The notes beneath the pieces are model-generated. The model did no database searches, had not been told where the DNA came from, and saw only the letters and a program-made list of their open reading frames with translations. From Zygophlyctis sp. KS116 (taxonomy: Eukaryota > Fungi > Chytridiomycota): DNA of 32,000 nt. Numbering within the stretch: the stretch's first letter is position 1; every line of letters starts with the position of its first letter. The DNA is taken from NCBI GenBank assembly GCA_054661495.1, contig BAAFSQ010000028.1, forward strand, positions 1 to 32,000. Reading direction: 5' to 3'. Shown piece after piece: positions 1 through 8,525 of the stretch. A program made the translations under genes and the position numbers.

Positions 1-158
1 AATTACCACGGTTATCCAAGTAGTAAGGTATTATCAAATAAACTATAACTGATTTAATGAGCCATTCGCAGTTTCACTGTATAAAATCGTTTATACTTAG
101 ACATGCATGGCTTAATCTTTGAGACAAGCATATGACTACTGGCAGGATCAACCAGGTT
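1..158 (-). rRNA. 18S (SSU) rRNA, 5' end; continues beyond the window start
   Basis: Reverse complement reads AACCTGGTTGATCCTGCCAGTAGTCATATGCTTGTCTCAAAGATTAAGCCATGCATGTCTAAG..., the universal eukaryotic 18S 5' end. It is preceded by AAGATAGT, matching the fungal A1 processing-site context. Confidence 0.99.
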
Positions 159-760
159 ACTATCTTAGAGAACCTGTGAACGAGTTCACAAGTCCAAAAG
201 AAATTTGAGTTTGTTAATTCTACATCTCGAGAGGTGCAGAAATACTCACCTGATCTTCTTATTGAAAAACTATTGTTTTATTGATCGCTTAAACAAGTAA
301 GCAGATCGCAAAAATTAAGTTGATCAATAAGGTTTGCCATGGGATTTAACTCCCGTTTTCATTGACACTGAATACAGAGATATGTGATAACACAGTCTCC
401 ATAATCAGCATCTTTGATGAGAGCTCACATTCTAAACACACACCTTTCAGTAGCATCTAGAAAGCCAGTCTCTCAAGTAAGTGATTTTATCGTTACTTTT
501 TCAAGTATCAATTCACACTTCATCTTCCTCGCTAGACGGTAAAATATACTATCTAGACTTACAACTCTTCGCTTACTGTTGTTTGGATCCTTGCGGTAAG
601 AATCGTCAACCACCACCAAGCGTTAAGATGTATCCTCGAGTAATCAAGCCAGATGCGTTTCTGGCTGTCGCCATTAGCATCTGATTTAATTTTAAGAACA
701 CCACTGAAAAAATAAAAAATTTAACTTTTTTCTTTTTTCAGACTTTTAATTGTTCCTCTC
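159..760 (-). other. Probable 5' external transcribed spacer / Pol I promoter-proximal region of the rRNA unit (far boundary approximate)
   Basis: Lies directly upstream of 18S, has no convincing coding signal, and ends in A/T runs at about 707-740. The transcription start cannot be located from sequence. Confidence 0.6.
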
Positions 761-828
761 ATAGATGAAAAATGTAAAAATAACTGAGAGCCGAAAAAAG
801 TGCGTTTTTGTTTCACTGCGGAAGGTGG

Positions 829-881
829 ATTCTGCACGTACACCTCAACCCATTTTCGGAATTTTATCCTGGGAGACTACG
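829..881 (+). repeat. Left degenerate inverted repeat (candidate TIR)
   Basis: Its reverse complement (cgtagtctcccaggataaaattccgaaaatgggttgaggtgtacgtgcagaat) aligns without gaps to 5235-5287 at 38/53 positions by manual count. Confidence 0.65.
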
Positions 882-966
882 GGTAACCCTCGGGGTTATT
901 CACTCTTTTAAAAAGTAGTTGCGCCTCAAATGTTTTTGATTTTTTCGCGTTCTGAAATTACAAAAG

Positions 967-3006
967 ATGGTCCGATCAATGATGGCCAAACTTTCTAATC
1001 TGCCTAGAACTAGGACAAAAAAAATTAAAAGTGATACTGAATTGAGGCTAGAAAGAATAAAGAAGGAAGAGAAAAAGACCAAAAAACAGATAAAAGCAGA
1101 AGATATAGCGCTTATTCGTCTTACGGTTCAGCAGAATTTAGCAGAAATAGCAGCTAAAAAAGCTGCAGCCGCTCAATCCCCAGTGGAATTGGAACAGCCT
1201 ATTGTGGAGAAAGAAGCTGAAAAGGAGCAAATACGAAATATTGTGGACGACCAGATGGCAGATTATACGTATTCTCATCATGATCTGTATGGTAGTAATG
1301 ACCAAGAAGCTGAGGAATTTGCACCCAATGTTTTAATTTCCTATTTGCATGCTCAGGAGGAACAAAAATGGCAGGCCACATTGCAACAAGATATTGTACG
1401 AGTTAAAAATCAAAAAGAAAAATCTTCAAAGGCTAGAAAGGAAGCTGCTGAGGCTCATGCAATCTGGTGGAAAAATATGGAGCCCATGGTCCGTAAAGCA
1501 TATGTAGCTCATAGTAGCAAAGCCAAAAATGGAGATTTTAACCCGCATCCTGGAGTTTTTTCATCAGCATTGTCTCAGTACTCTATATGCAATTGTATAT
1601 CTCTATGTACGGAAGAGATTCATTTAATAGATACTTTACACCTGGCGGTTGATGCCTGCTTTAAACTTCGTCGCGAAAAACGGCGCTCTCTTATAAACAA
1701 GGAACCGAGAATAAATAACTTTTTCATCAAAAAAAAAGTTATCGAGCAAGCTATTGCTTCAAAAACAGTCGATTTTAGTATGCGGACATCTAGTGACAAA
1801 GACGAATCATGTGAATCTAGTTTTAAGGCCGCACAAGCTACATTAAAAAGTAGAATTTTTGATGAGAAGGGGGTAGTGGGTCTTTTCTGCGCCCGTCATG
1901 GAACACCATTATTGTTTTTGGATACTCCTGTTGGTGAAAGATATGCTTTTGTGGATTTATTGTTAATTGAATACCTGAAAAACAAGCCAGAGGTTAAAAA
2001 TGTCTTATTCTATTATGATATCAATTGCAAATATATGCCTCATTTTATGGGAGAGAGAATGCAATCATTAGGTATACTAAATCATTAATTTCTAGTGAAA
2101 GAAAATTTTATAAGGATGAAATTTACGTTTGTCATACCTGCCATGCACGTCAAGGCCCACCAGTTTCCCTGTCCCTGGATTTATAATCCAAAATATGTCA
2201 AGAATAACGGACATACAGACGGGGAAACTTGTGAACGTGCGTGGTCATATTTAGGTCGATTTGCATCTATCACCAAAAGCATGTCATCATCGAATCGTCG
2301 TGATACCCTGGAAAGAGCTATTTTTAATTATTTTATGAGAAATTTAAAGAATCAGGAAAAAAATCTTAAAAGTAAATTAGGAAAAGTAAGATTGCAACTG
2401 GAAAGCGAAAGGCTGACTACTTTTAATCATTTGGTTGCTCAAACAAACGTAGAGTTAGGAATATATCGACTAGATCTTCTTAAGGCTGTTGATAAATTTA
2501 TCGAAAAGGAAAAGGAAAGAAATGGTATGAAAAAAATGGGAAGAGCAGAAGCGCTAGATCGTTTAATTAGGTCTGAATATCAGAAAATGATTTTTTTGTT
2601 TAAACAAGCCGCTATCAGCAATAGCCAAAGAGAAAAACAATATACATTCGATACGATACAAAGAGCTAATTGGAAATTAGAAGAATACTTGTCTGAAAGA
2701 AAAGAGTTTCCAAATCCTCCACAGAAGGAGGATATCCATAATCTCAATTCGGAATTTTGGGCTGAATTTGCAAATGCAAACGAAGTTTTCGCCAAAATAC
2801 TGGGTGATTGGAAGATGCTACATCGGTTCGATAGACTTAATGAGGAAATAATGATGCTAGAAGAGGAACTGAAAAATATTGAAAGACATACACTGAAAAA
2901 TATTGAAAGACATACGACAATAGCCACGGATATTGAGGGCGTTGATATTGATATTGATGATGATGTTGATTTTTTGATTGATTTTTCAGAGAACTTTAAT
3001 TTATAA
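967..3006 (+). CDS. KDZ transposase, about 671 aa; one 24-nt intron at 2072-2095 joins the two ORF-track pieces
   Basis: KDZ motifs LAVDACFKL, GVVGLFCARHG, GERY, YYDINC, IPAMHVKAHQFPC, GHTDGETCERAWS and TKSMSSSNRRDTL. The only stop lies inside gtatactaaatcattaatttctag, and removing it keeps the frame. Confidence 0.9.
2868..2915 (+). repeat. Perfect 24-bp tandem duplication in the transposase C-terminus (LKNIERHT x2)
   Basis: actgaaaaatattgaaagacatac occurs twice in succession. Confidence 0.95.
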
Positions 3007-3501
3007 TAGAAATAAATAGTTAATAAAGTTAATCGAGACGCAAAACAGTCTTTGAACAGATCTCTTCCACACCATTTCAAGCTTTTACATCAAATATATG
3101 TACTTCAACTCTTGTAAAAGACATTTGATGTATATAATATGTTTTGACTATCTATAAAGAATGTTAAATATGAAAAAAACATTTTCAAAAGTATCAGAGT
3201 CAACTAAATGTGCTTTCGGTACCACATATTCATAAACGTAGTAATTTACCTTTCATATCGCGAGCAGGAATACCAAAGTCACCAAAACTGCTTTGGCAAG
3301 TGTAGATGACATTACTTGATCAATTTAAGTCAATATGATCAAAATCAGAGGTCTTTAAGATTGTCTGAACGCGTTTTTACCGAGCCTCTAAAACCGAAAA
3401 ACTTAAAATTATTATGATATAGTGTTCGTTTCGGGCATGGACATTCAGCTTTGAATTTTAAATACATCTTTGTATTTTTTATTATTATGTTCAAACGCGC
3501 A

Positions 3502-4469
3502 TCAAACTATCTTTTCTAAGGCAATGCTTCCATTATTTAAGCAAGTTGCCATAGTTAGAAGGTCGATCTTACTAAAAGATGAAAATTTTGACAAGTCTAG
3601 ATATTCAGGAACTCCTGTAAAACGATAATCCCATTGATGATAATTTTTATACGGTACCTTAGAAATTTTTGCAACATCAACTAGGTAATCTTAGGCATAA
3701 ATATTCTTACTACTTTTTTGGAGGAGAGCCGAAGAAACTCTCTTCTTTAGATAATCATAATTCACATCATCAGTCAGGATTTCACCCTGAAATGAAGGCA
3801 CTGATGAAGGTACTGTTCCTAGATTTCTGGTTTGGGTTTTCAAATGAAACTAGAAATCTTCTCCAGAGTTAATAAAGTATTCTCGAAATTCCGAGGCAAA
3901 AGAATTACCAAATAACTTTGGAATATGATTTGAACCGCGTGCGCATTCTCCTCCAAGTATGCAAAAAACAGGAATATTGATCAGCTCCATTTTCTTTATC
4001 AATACGGATATTCTATTAGACAAATGCGTTCTTGAAGGTGGCTCTTTCGGTATCCATGCTTCCTTGTCTTTAACGTTTTCCCAAGATTTTGCAAATATTT
4101 TTGATATTGATCGGTTATCTCTGGTTTTAAATCGCCCTGCAATCACAGTAACATCTTTTAAAACATCTAGAGTAAATTATAGCTTAAATTACCTTTCGCC
4201 TGGACCCTCATGTAGTGACCATAAGAAGTTCGATCTTTTTTTCTGATTAATTGTACCAGTTGCTCAACATCCGCTCTAGAAATAAAAGCCTTAGGCTTAA
4301 CTATAATGCAGAATTGATCCAGTAGTTTTTCTTTTAAAAAATCATTTGAATATTGGGTACTAAAACGGTTATATACCAAATCAGGCCGTAGATTCAGGTC
4401 TATTTGATTAACAATTCCAAAAAAAGCAAGATTATCCTTTTCAGCATTCTGCATACAATAAGAAACCAT
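3502..4469 (-). pseudogene. Unknown transposon-associated coding sequence, either a disrupted continuation of the PHD-HMG gene or a separate gene
   Basis: ORFs 4167-4469 and 3850-4146 join through a 26-nt intron (4167-4192). After TAG at 3850-3852 the same frame stays open to 3502, apart from one TAA inside a candidate 21-nt intron (3690-3710). Confidence 0.5.
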
Positions 4470-5187
4470 ATATTATCTCTGCAATGATTTTTAAGTCATT
4501 ATGAAAAATGCCCCTTATGTCAGATCTGCCTCTATCATCAGATACAGTCTGAAACTGCATCTCTTTAGCTAAAATTCCCCATTTTTTTCTGCTATTGATA
4601 TCTAAATTATTCCATGCATCTGCACAGACTTTTCCTACGTTCTCGACTATTTCTTTAATTTCTCCAGTCTCTGGTAGGGTCACTTTTGTTTTCACATTTA
4701 ATGTACTGTGATTTAATTTACCCCTAAAGATATCTAATACTGAATAGATGCATCTTACCTTGTTTTCTCTGGTTCTTAAATAGAAAATAGCCGTTTAAGT
4801 TAAGGATATCCCTGGGCTTGAAAGTCTCGACTGTTTCTGGAATTAAATGAGAGTCTTGAGAAATAAGATTTCTATTAGCATCAGTTGTTTTTGTTATAGA
4901 ATTCGCAGAAGGAGGGTTGTTCACAATATTGGACTGGGAATCTGGACCACATTCATAACAAAAAAAAGTTGGATATTCTAAGTGTATGGCATGATAATAT
5001 ATATAACACTAAAATTCTTAATCTTGAATATAATTACCTCTTGACACACATGAGTAGCATTTGCAGTACCCGCTGGCCGCCCATCAAAGAATATTTCCTT
5101 ACAGTCAGGCCAGTTGCATATTTTATAGCATGCATCGCCTGGAGGATGCCTTTTATTACATTCTGGACAAGACCGAAAACTCACCAT
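4441..5187 (-). CDS. Transposon cargo protein with a PHD-like Zn finger and an HMG box (about 230 aa; introns 5009-5037 and 4734-4758)
   Basis: Splicing 29-nt and 25-nt GT-AG introns joins three ORFs: CPEC..H....C; CNWPDC...CQECYIYYHAIHL...FFCYEC (PHD-like); then NGYFLF...VGKVCADAWNNLDINSRKKWGILAKE (HMG-box signature). The start codon is inferred. Confidence 0.7.
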
Positions 5188-5234
5188 CCTTGGTAAATGC
5201 AAGGGTAAGGCCCACAATTTGAAAAAGCAAAACG

Positions 5235-5287
5235 CGTATTTTCCCAGGGTAATTTTCCGAAAAAAGCTACGGGTGTAAGGGCTAAAT
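5235..5287 (-). repeat. Right degenerate inverted repeat (candidate TIR)
   Basis: cgtattttcccagggtaattttccgaaaaaagctacgggtgtaagggctaaat; shares the blocks tcccagg, ttccgaaaa and ggtgta with the reverse complement of 829-881. Confidence 0.65.
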
Positions 5288-5533
5288 GAAGATTTTGCCC
5301 TGTTTTGTTTCAAGAAAATTTTAGCTTTTGCCTCTAAATTTTCAAACGTTTTCAAGCATAAATTTGCCAATTACCCAAGACAAGATGGTGGTATCTTTGA
5401 ATTTATCACTGAATTCTCATATAACAAAAACTTTCATTTCTTCGCTTCAAAGCTACTAACATTAAAACTAGGATTAATACACTCATTTGAATTTTTCTAT
5501 CAACCTTTTCAATAATCTTATATTTTCTAATCA

Positions 5534-5640
5534 TCAAATCAGCCATACATTTCTAGCTTTGGCAGCCGTATTTCTTACTAACCGTTTACGGTCATCACAA
5601 GATGCAGCCAATTTTTACGTAATAGTTGCCTATCTGGCAA
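5534..5640 (-). pseudogene. Possible remnant of an MMS19 C-terminus
   Basis: Translates as KLAASCDDRKRLVRNTAAKARNVWLI*, resembling the MMS19 terminal motif (LDDxKRLVRxxAxxARxxW). Upstream there are stops and an apparent frameshift, and no room for the rest of the gene. Confidence 0.45.
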
Positions 5641-5770
5641 GCTAAAATTAGAAACCTCTGATTGCAAAATTAATTGATGACAAAAATGCATAAGTAAAGA
5701 CCATTAAAAGGTGATTTTTGTCCAAAAATGAGTAAAATGGAGAATTTTCCTTGAAATTTTTCTTACAAAA

Positions 5771-6487
5771 ATGAGAAATTTTTCTTCTGCAGTTCAAGAG
5801 AGAGAAACTAAAGAGTCCCAGGACAAGATAAATATTGATCCAAATGAAATTCCAAAGGCCTCTAAATACTCTTTTCATGATAATAGATTCTCAGCCGAAA
5901 AAAAAGTACTCAAAAACAAGAAAATGGGGAAGAAGGACCAGAAAATGGATCGGAAATGGGAACATGACAAGTTTGTTCCAGTGGAAAAGAAGCCTCTGAA
6001 AATCAATATCATTAAAAAGGAGGAAATTCAAGAAAATATTAAGATTTCCATCACAAAAACCAATTCTATAGGAAAATCTAATCATCAGGATAAAGTAAAA
6101 GAGCCAATTCATAATCAAAAACCAAAAATTCAATCAGAAATTCCTAAAGTACCTGCTCTACCTCTGAAACCTATCAAATCAAAAACTAGAATTGTTCAAC
6201 AAAAACCTGTACCAGACAGAATACAAACATCACAGCTATTACCGCAACCAGTGCAAGTTCCAATACAGTTTCCATCAGAACCACTTCAAATGGTTCCACA
6301 ATTAATGATCCCTCAAATGTATCCAGAATCTAACTTTATGTATTCTCCATACATGACTAACTCAGGTCAAATTCTGTACATGACTGAAAGTGGGCTCTTT
6401 GTACCTTCTCCAGTTGGATATTTTCCGGCATTTGTACCAGGTGCCAGATCAAAGGCTATTCCTATTGTTAAACCAGTCTTTGAATAA
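5771..6487 (+). CDS. Hypothetical protein, Lys-rich N-terminus and Pro/Gln-rich low-complexity C-terminus
   Basis: 238-aa ATG-to-TAA ORF with protein-like composition; no recognised family. Confidence 0.75.
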   Translation: MRNFSSAVQERETKESQDKINIDPNEIPKASKYSFHDNRFSAEKKVLKNKKMGKKDQKMDRKWEHDKFVPVEKKPLKINIIKKEEIQENIKISITKTNSIGKSNHQDKVKEPIHNQKPKIQSEIPKVPALPLKPIKSKTRIVQQKPVPDRIQTSQLLPQPVQVPIQFPSEPLQMVPQLMIPQMYPESNFMYSPYMTNSGQILYMTESGLFVPSPVGYFPAFVPGARSKAIPIVKPVFE

Positions 6488-6522
6488 AACTTGTTCTTTA
6501 ACCTACTTGAGCATTTTTTTAA

Positions 6523-7059
6523 ATGTCACTGATTATTGACTTGGACTTTGCTGGTTTAATGAATGCAAAGGAATTACAATCTACTTGTGTACAGATGGGA
6601 CTTGTATATTCTGCTACTAAAAAATCCAATCTTGAGACTTGTTTTGTCGGATTCGGGAATGAAATCAAGGAAAATTTAAAGAAATCTTATCCGACTTTTG
6701 AAAAATGGAACATTAAATTTATTGGTGATCCTCTAGAATCGTTTAATCCGGATAATCTAGTTTATCTAACTGGAGACTCTGAATTTGAATTGGATGATCT
6801 TTCTCCATCTCAAGTTTATGTGATTGGAGGAATAGTAGATCATAATAGATACAAAAATATTTGCTTAAATAAGGCGGTAAAGTTGGGTATCAGACATGCA
6901 CGATTACCAATCTCTAAATACCTAAATTTAAACTCAAGATCTATACTTACAATCAATCAGGTTGTAGATATACTTGCAGTTTATTTAAATACTAAAGACT
7001 GGAAAATCGCATTTGAGACATGCATACCTCAAAGGAAAAGATTAGAGTCTCAAAGATAA
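6523..7059 (+). CDS. TRM10: tRNA (guanine-9-N1)-methyltransferase, TRM10 family (compact SPOUT domain only)
   Basis: Motifs IIDLDF, VYLTGDS, YVIGGIVDHNRYK, ARLPI, ILTINQV and W..AF..CIPQRK. Confidence 0.93.
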   Translation: MSLIIDLDFAGLMNAKELQSTCVQMGLVYSATKKSNLETCFVGFGNEIKENLKKSYPTFEKWNIKFIGDPLESFNPDNLVYLTGDSEFELDDLSPSQVYVIGGIVDHNRYKNICLNKAVKLGIRHARLPISKYLNLNSRSILTINQVVDILAVYLNTKDWKIAFETCIPQRKRLESQR

Positions 7060-7091
7060 GTTTTGCGAGTGAGAATTTGACTTTCCAGAAA

Positions 7092-7661
7092 ATGTCTTTA
7101 GTAGATCACAGATTAATTGATAATGCAAAAAAGGTTACAAATAAAGTCACCTCTGTTTGGACTGATTTCAAGTCTTTTGTGAATAGAGGATCTATCATTG
7201 ATGTTGCTGTAGGTCTGGTACTGGCAAATGCTTTTGGATCAGTTGTAAACTCTTTTGTGGACAATATCCTATCTCCATTCATTGGACTGATTGCTTCTAA
7301 AAACTTGAACAATGCTTATATTCCAATCAAATGTCCGGATAATAGCACAGTCTCTTGTTCTGATATTTTTATGGTGACTAAAATGTATCCAACTCTAGAA
7401 TCGGCACATGCTGTAGGAATAGTAACTTGGAATTATGGAAGGTTTGTTCAAGAATTGATTAATTTTATAATTAAAAGTTCGATACTATACGTCATCATTA
7501 ATGGTTTTGCTGCTGCGTCATTATTAAGAAAAAAAGAAAAGGCGGCCACTGAAAAAGAATGTGTATACTGCTGCTCAAAGATTCCGATTAATGCTTCTAA
7601 ATGTTTTGCTTGTGGATCAGTTATAGATAAATTAGCACTGGAGGGGATTCATATTGATTAG
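7092..7661 (+). CDS. mscL: MscL-family large-conductance mechanosensitive channel, copy 1, with C-terminal Zn-ribbon-like motif
   Basis: FKSFVNRGSIIDVAVGLVLANAFGSVVNSFVDNILSP (S1/TM1), NYGRFVQELINFII (TM2) and CVYCC...CFAC. The ATG at 7092 is preferred because 7020 overlaps TRM10. Confidence 0.9.
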   Translation: MSLVDHRLIDNAKKVTNKVTSVWTDFKSFVNRGSIIDVAVGLVLANAFGSVVNSFVDNILSPFIGLIASKNLNNAYIPIKCPDNSTVSCSDIFMVTKMYPTLESAHAVGIVTWNYGRFVQELINFIIKSSILYVIINGFAAASLLRKKEKAATEKECVYCCSKIPINASKCFACGSVIDKLALEGIHID

Positions 7662-7971
7662 TATTTATTGGAGATCTCTTGTAATATCATGTGAAAAATA
7701 TTTACATTTATGAATACCAGATCGCTTTTCTTATTCTTTGAGTATAGTTTGGATTTTTTAATTTTTCAAAATCAGACTTGTATACGCCCAAGAACTCTGA
7801 ACGGTCTTTTGCGCTAATGTCCGATATTCAATGCAAGTAAAAGATTTTAATATTTTTATAAAGTGACATTAATCCTCTTTTCAAAGAAACTGGTGCATTG
7901 AATTCTCTGCCAGTCAAGTTTGAGGATGTCTCAAGGAACAAAATTTCAAACATCAAATTCTCTTGTAAAAA

Positions 7972-8523
7972 ATGTCAGACTTGGGATATGGTATAAATCA
8001 TCGATTATTGGATGGCGCTAATATAGCAAAGGGGTTCTGGTCAGAATTCAAAGATTTTTTATTCAAGGGATCAATAGTAGAAGTAGCAGTTGGTATGATC
8101 ATTGCAGCTGCATTCGGAGCAGTTGTAAATTCATTTATTGATGATATACTCTCTCCAGTTTTGGGGCTGATTGCTTCTAAAAACTTGAACAATGCTTATA
8201 TTCCAATCAAATGTCCGGATAATAGCACAGTCTCTTGTTCTGATATTCTCTTGGTAACCAGGACCTACCCCACCATTGAAGCTGCACAAGCTATAGGAAT
8301 AGTGACTTGGAACTATGGAAAGTTTATCCAGGAATTTATCAACTTCATCATCAAAGGAATAGTTTTATTTATAAGCATTAAAGCTTTCACGGCTGCATCA
8401 TCCAGACGTAAAAAAGAAAAGGCGGCGACTGAAAGGGAATGTTTATATTGCTGTTCAATGATCCCAATAAAGGCATCTAAGTGCCAATTTTGTGGATCTA
8501 ATATTGATAAAACCGATTATTAA
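7972..8523 (+). CDS. mscL: MscL-family channel, copy 2
   Basis: EFKDFLFKGSIVEVAVGMIIAAAFGAVVNSFIDDILSP, NYGKFIQEFINFII and CLYCC...CQFC; paralog of 7092-7661. Confidence 0.9.
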   Translation: MSDLGYGINHRLLDGANIAKGFWSEFKDFLFKGSIVEVAVGMIIAAAFGAVVNSFIDDILSPVLGLIASKNLNNAYIPIKCPDNSTVSCSDILLVTRTYPTIEAAQAIGIVTWNYGKFIQEFINFIIKGIVLFISIKAFTAASSRRKKEKAATERECLYCCSMIPIKASKCQFCGSNIDKTDY

Positions 8524-8525
8524 AA

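Larger units (their letters stand above)
829..5287. mobile_element. KDZ-superfamily DNA transposon: transposase plus convergent PHD/HMG cargo between degenerate inverted repeats
   Basis: KDZ transposase on +, cargo genes on -, bracketed by imperfect inverted repeats at 829-881 and 5235-5287. No target-site duplication was found, so the exact ends are uncertain. Confidence 0.75.

Noticed and set aside
481-684. 67-aa ORF in the ETS, and the many short antisense ORFs (e.g. 2580-3080, 7106-7312, 27540-28858)
   Set aside because: Mostly non-ATG starts, no motifs, and they shadow real genes or the rRNA spacer.
880-886. Reb1-like site CGGGTAA near the rDNA promoter
   Set aside because: A single 7-mer overlapping the repeat end; factor specificity in this lineage is unknown.
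967-3006. Transposase broken into two ORFs (pseudogene)
   Set aside because: The stop lies within a frame-preserving 24-nt GT-AG intron typical of this genome.
3100-4470. TET/JBP dioxygenase expected in a fungal KDZ element
   Set aside because: No convincing HxD...H...R arrangement found by eye; a degraded copy cannot be excluded without a profile search.
804-5305. ttttgtttca direct repeat outside both inverted repeats as a target-site duplication
   Set aside because: Low complexity and not immediately adjacent to the repeat ends; needs an empty-site comparison.
5584-5640. 5S rRNA-like start (gtttacggtcat)
   Set aside because: Similarity does not extend, no internal 5S boxes are visible, and the opposite strand is better explained as coding remnant.
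7092-8523. Bacterial contamination or very recent HGT suggested by intronless mscL (and acpS)
   Set aside because: Embedded among intron-containing eukaryotic genes with similar composition; short native genes here (TRM10, EFM5) are also intronless, and fungal homologs are known.
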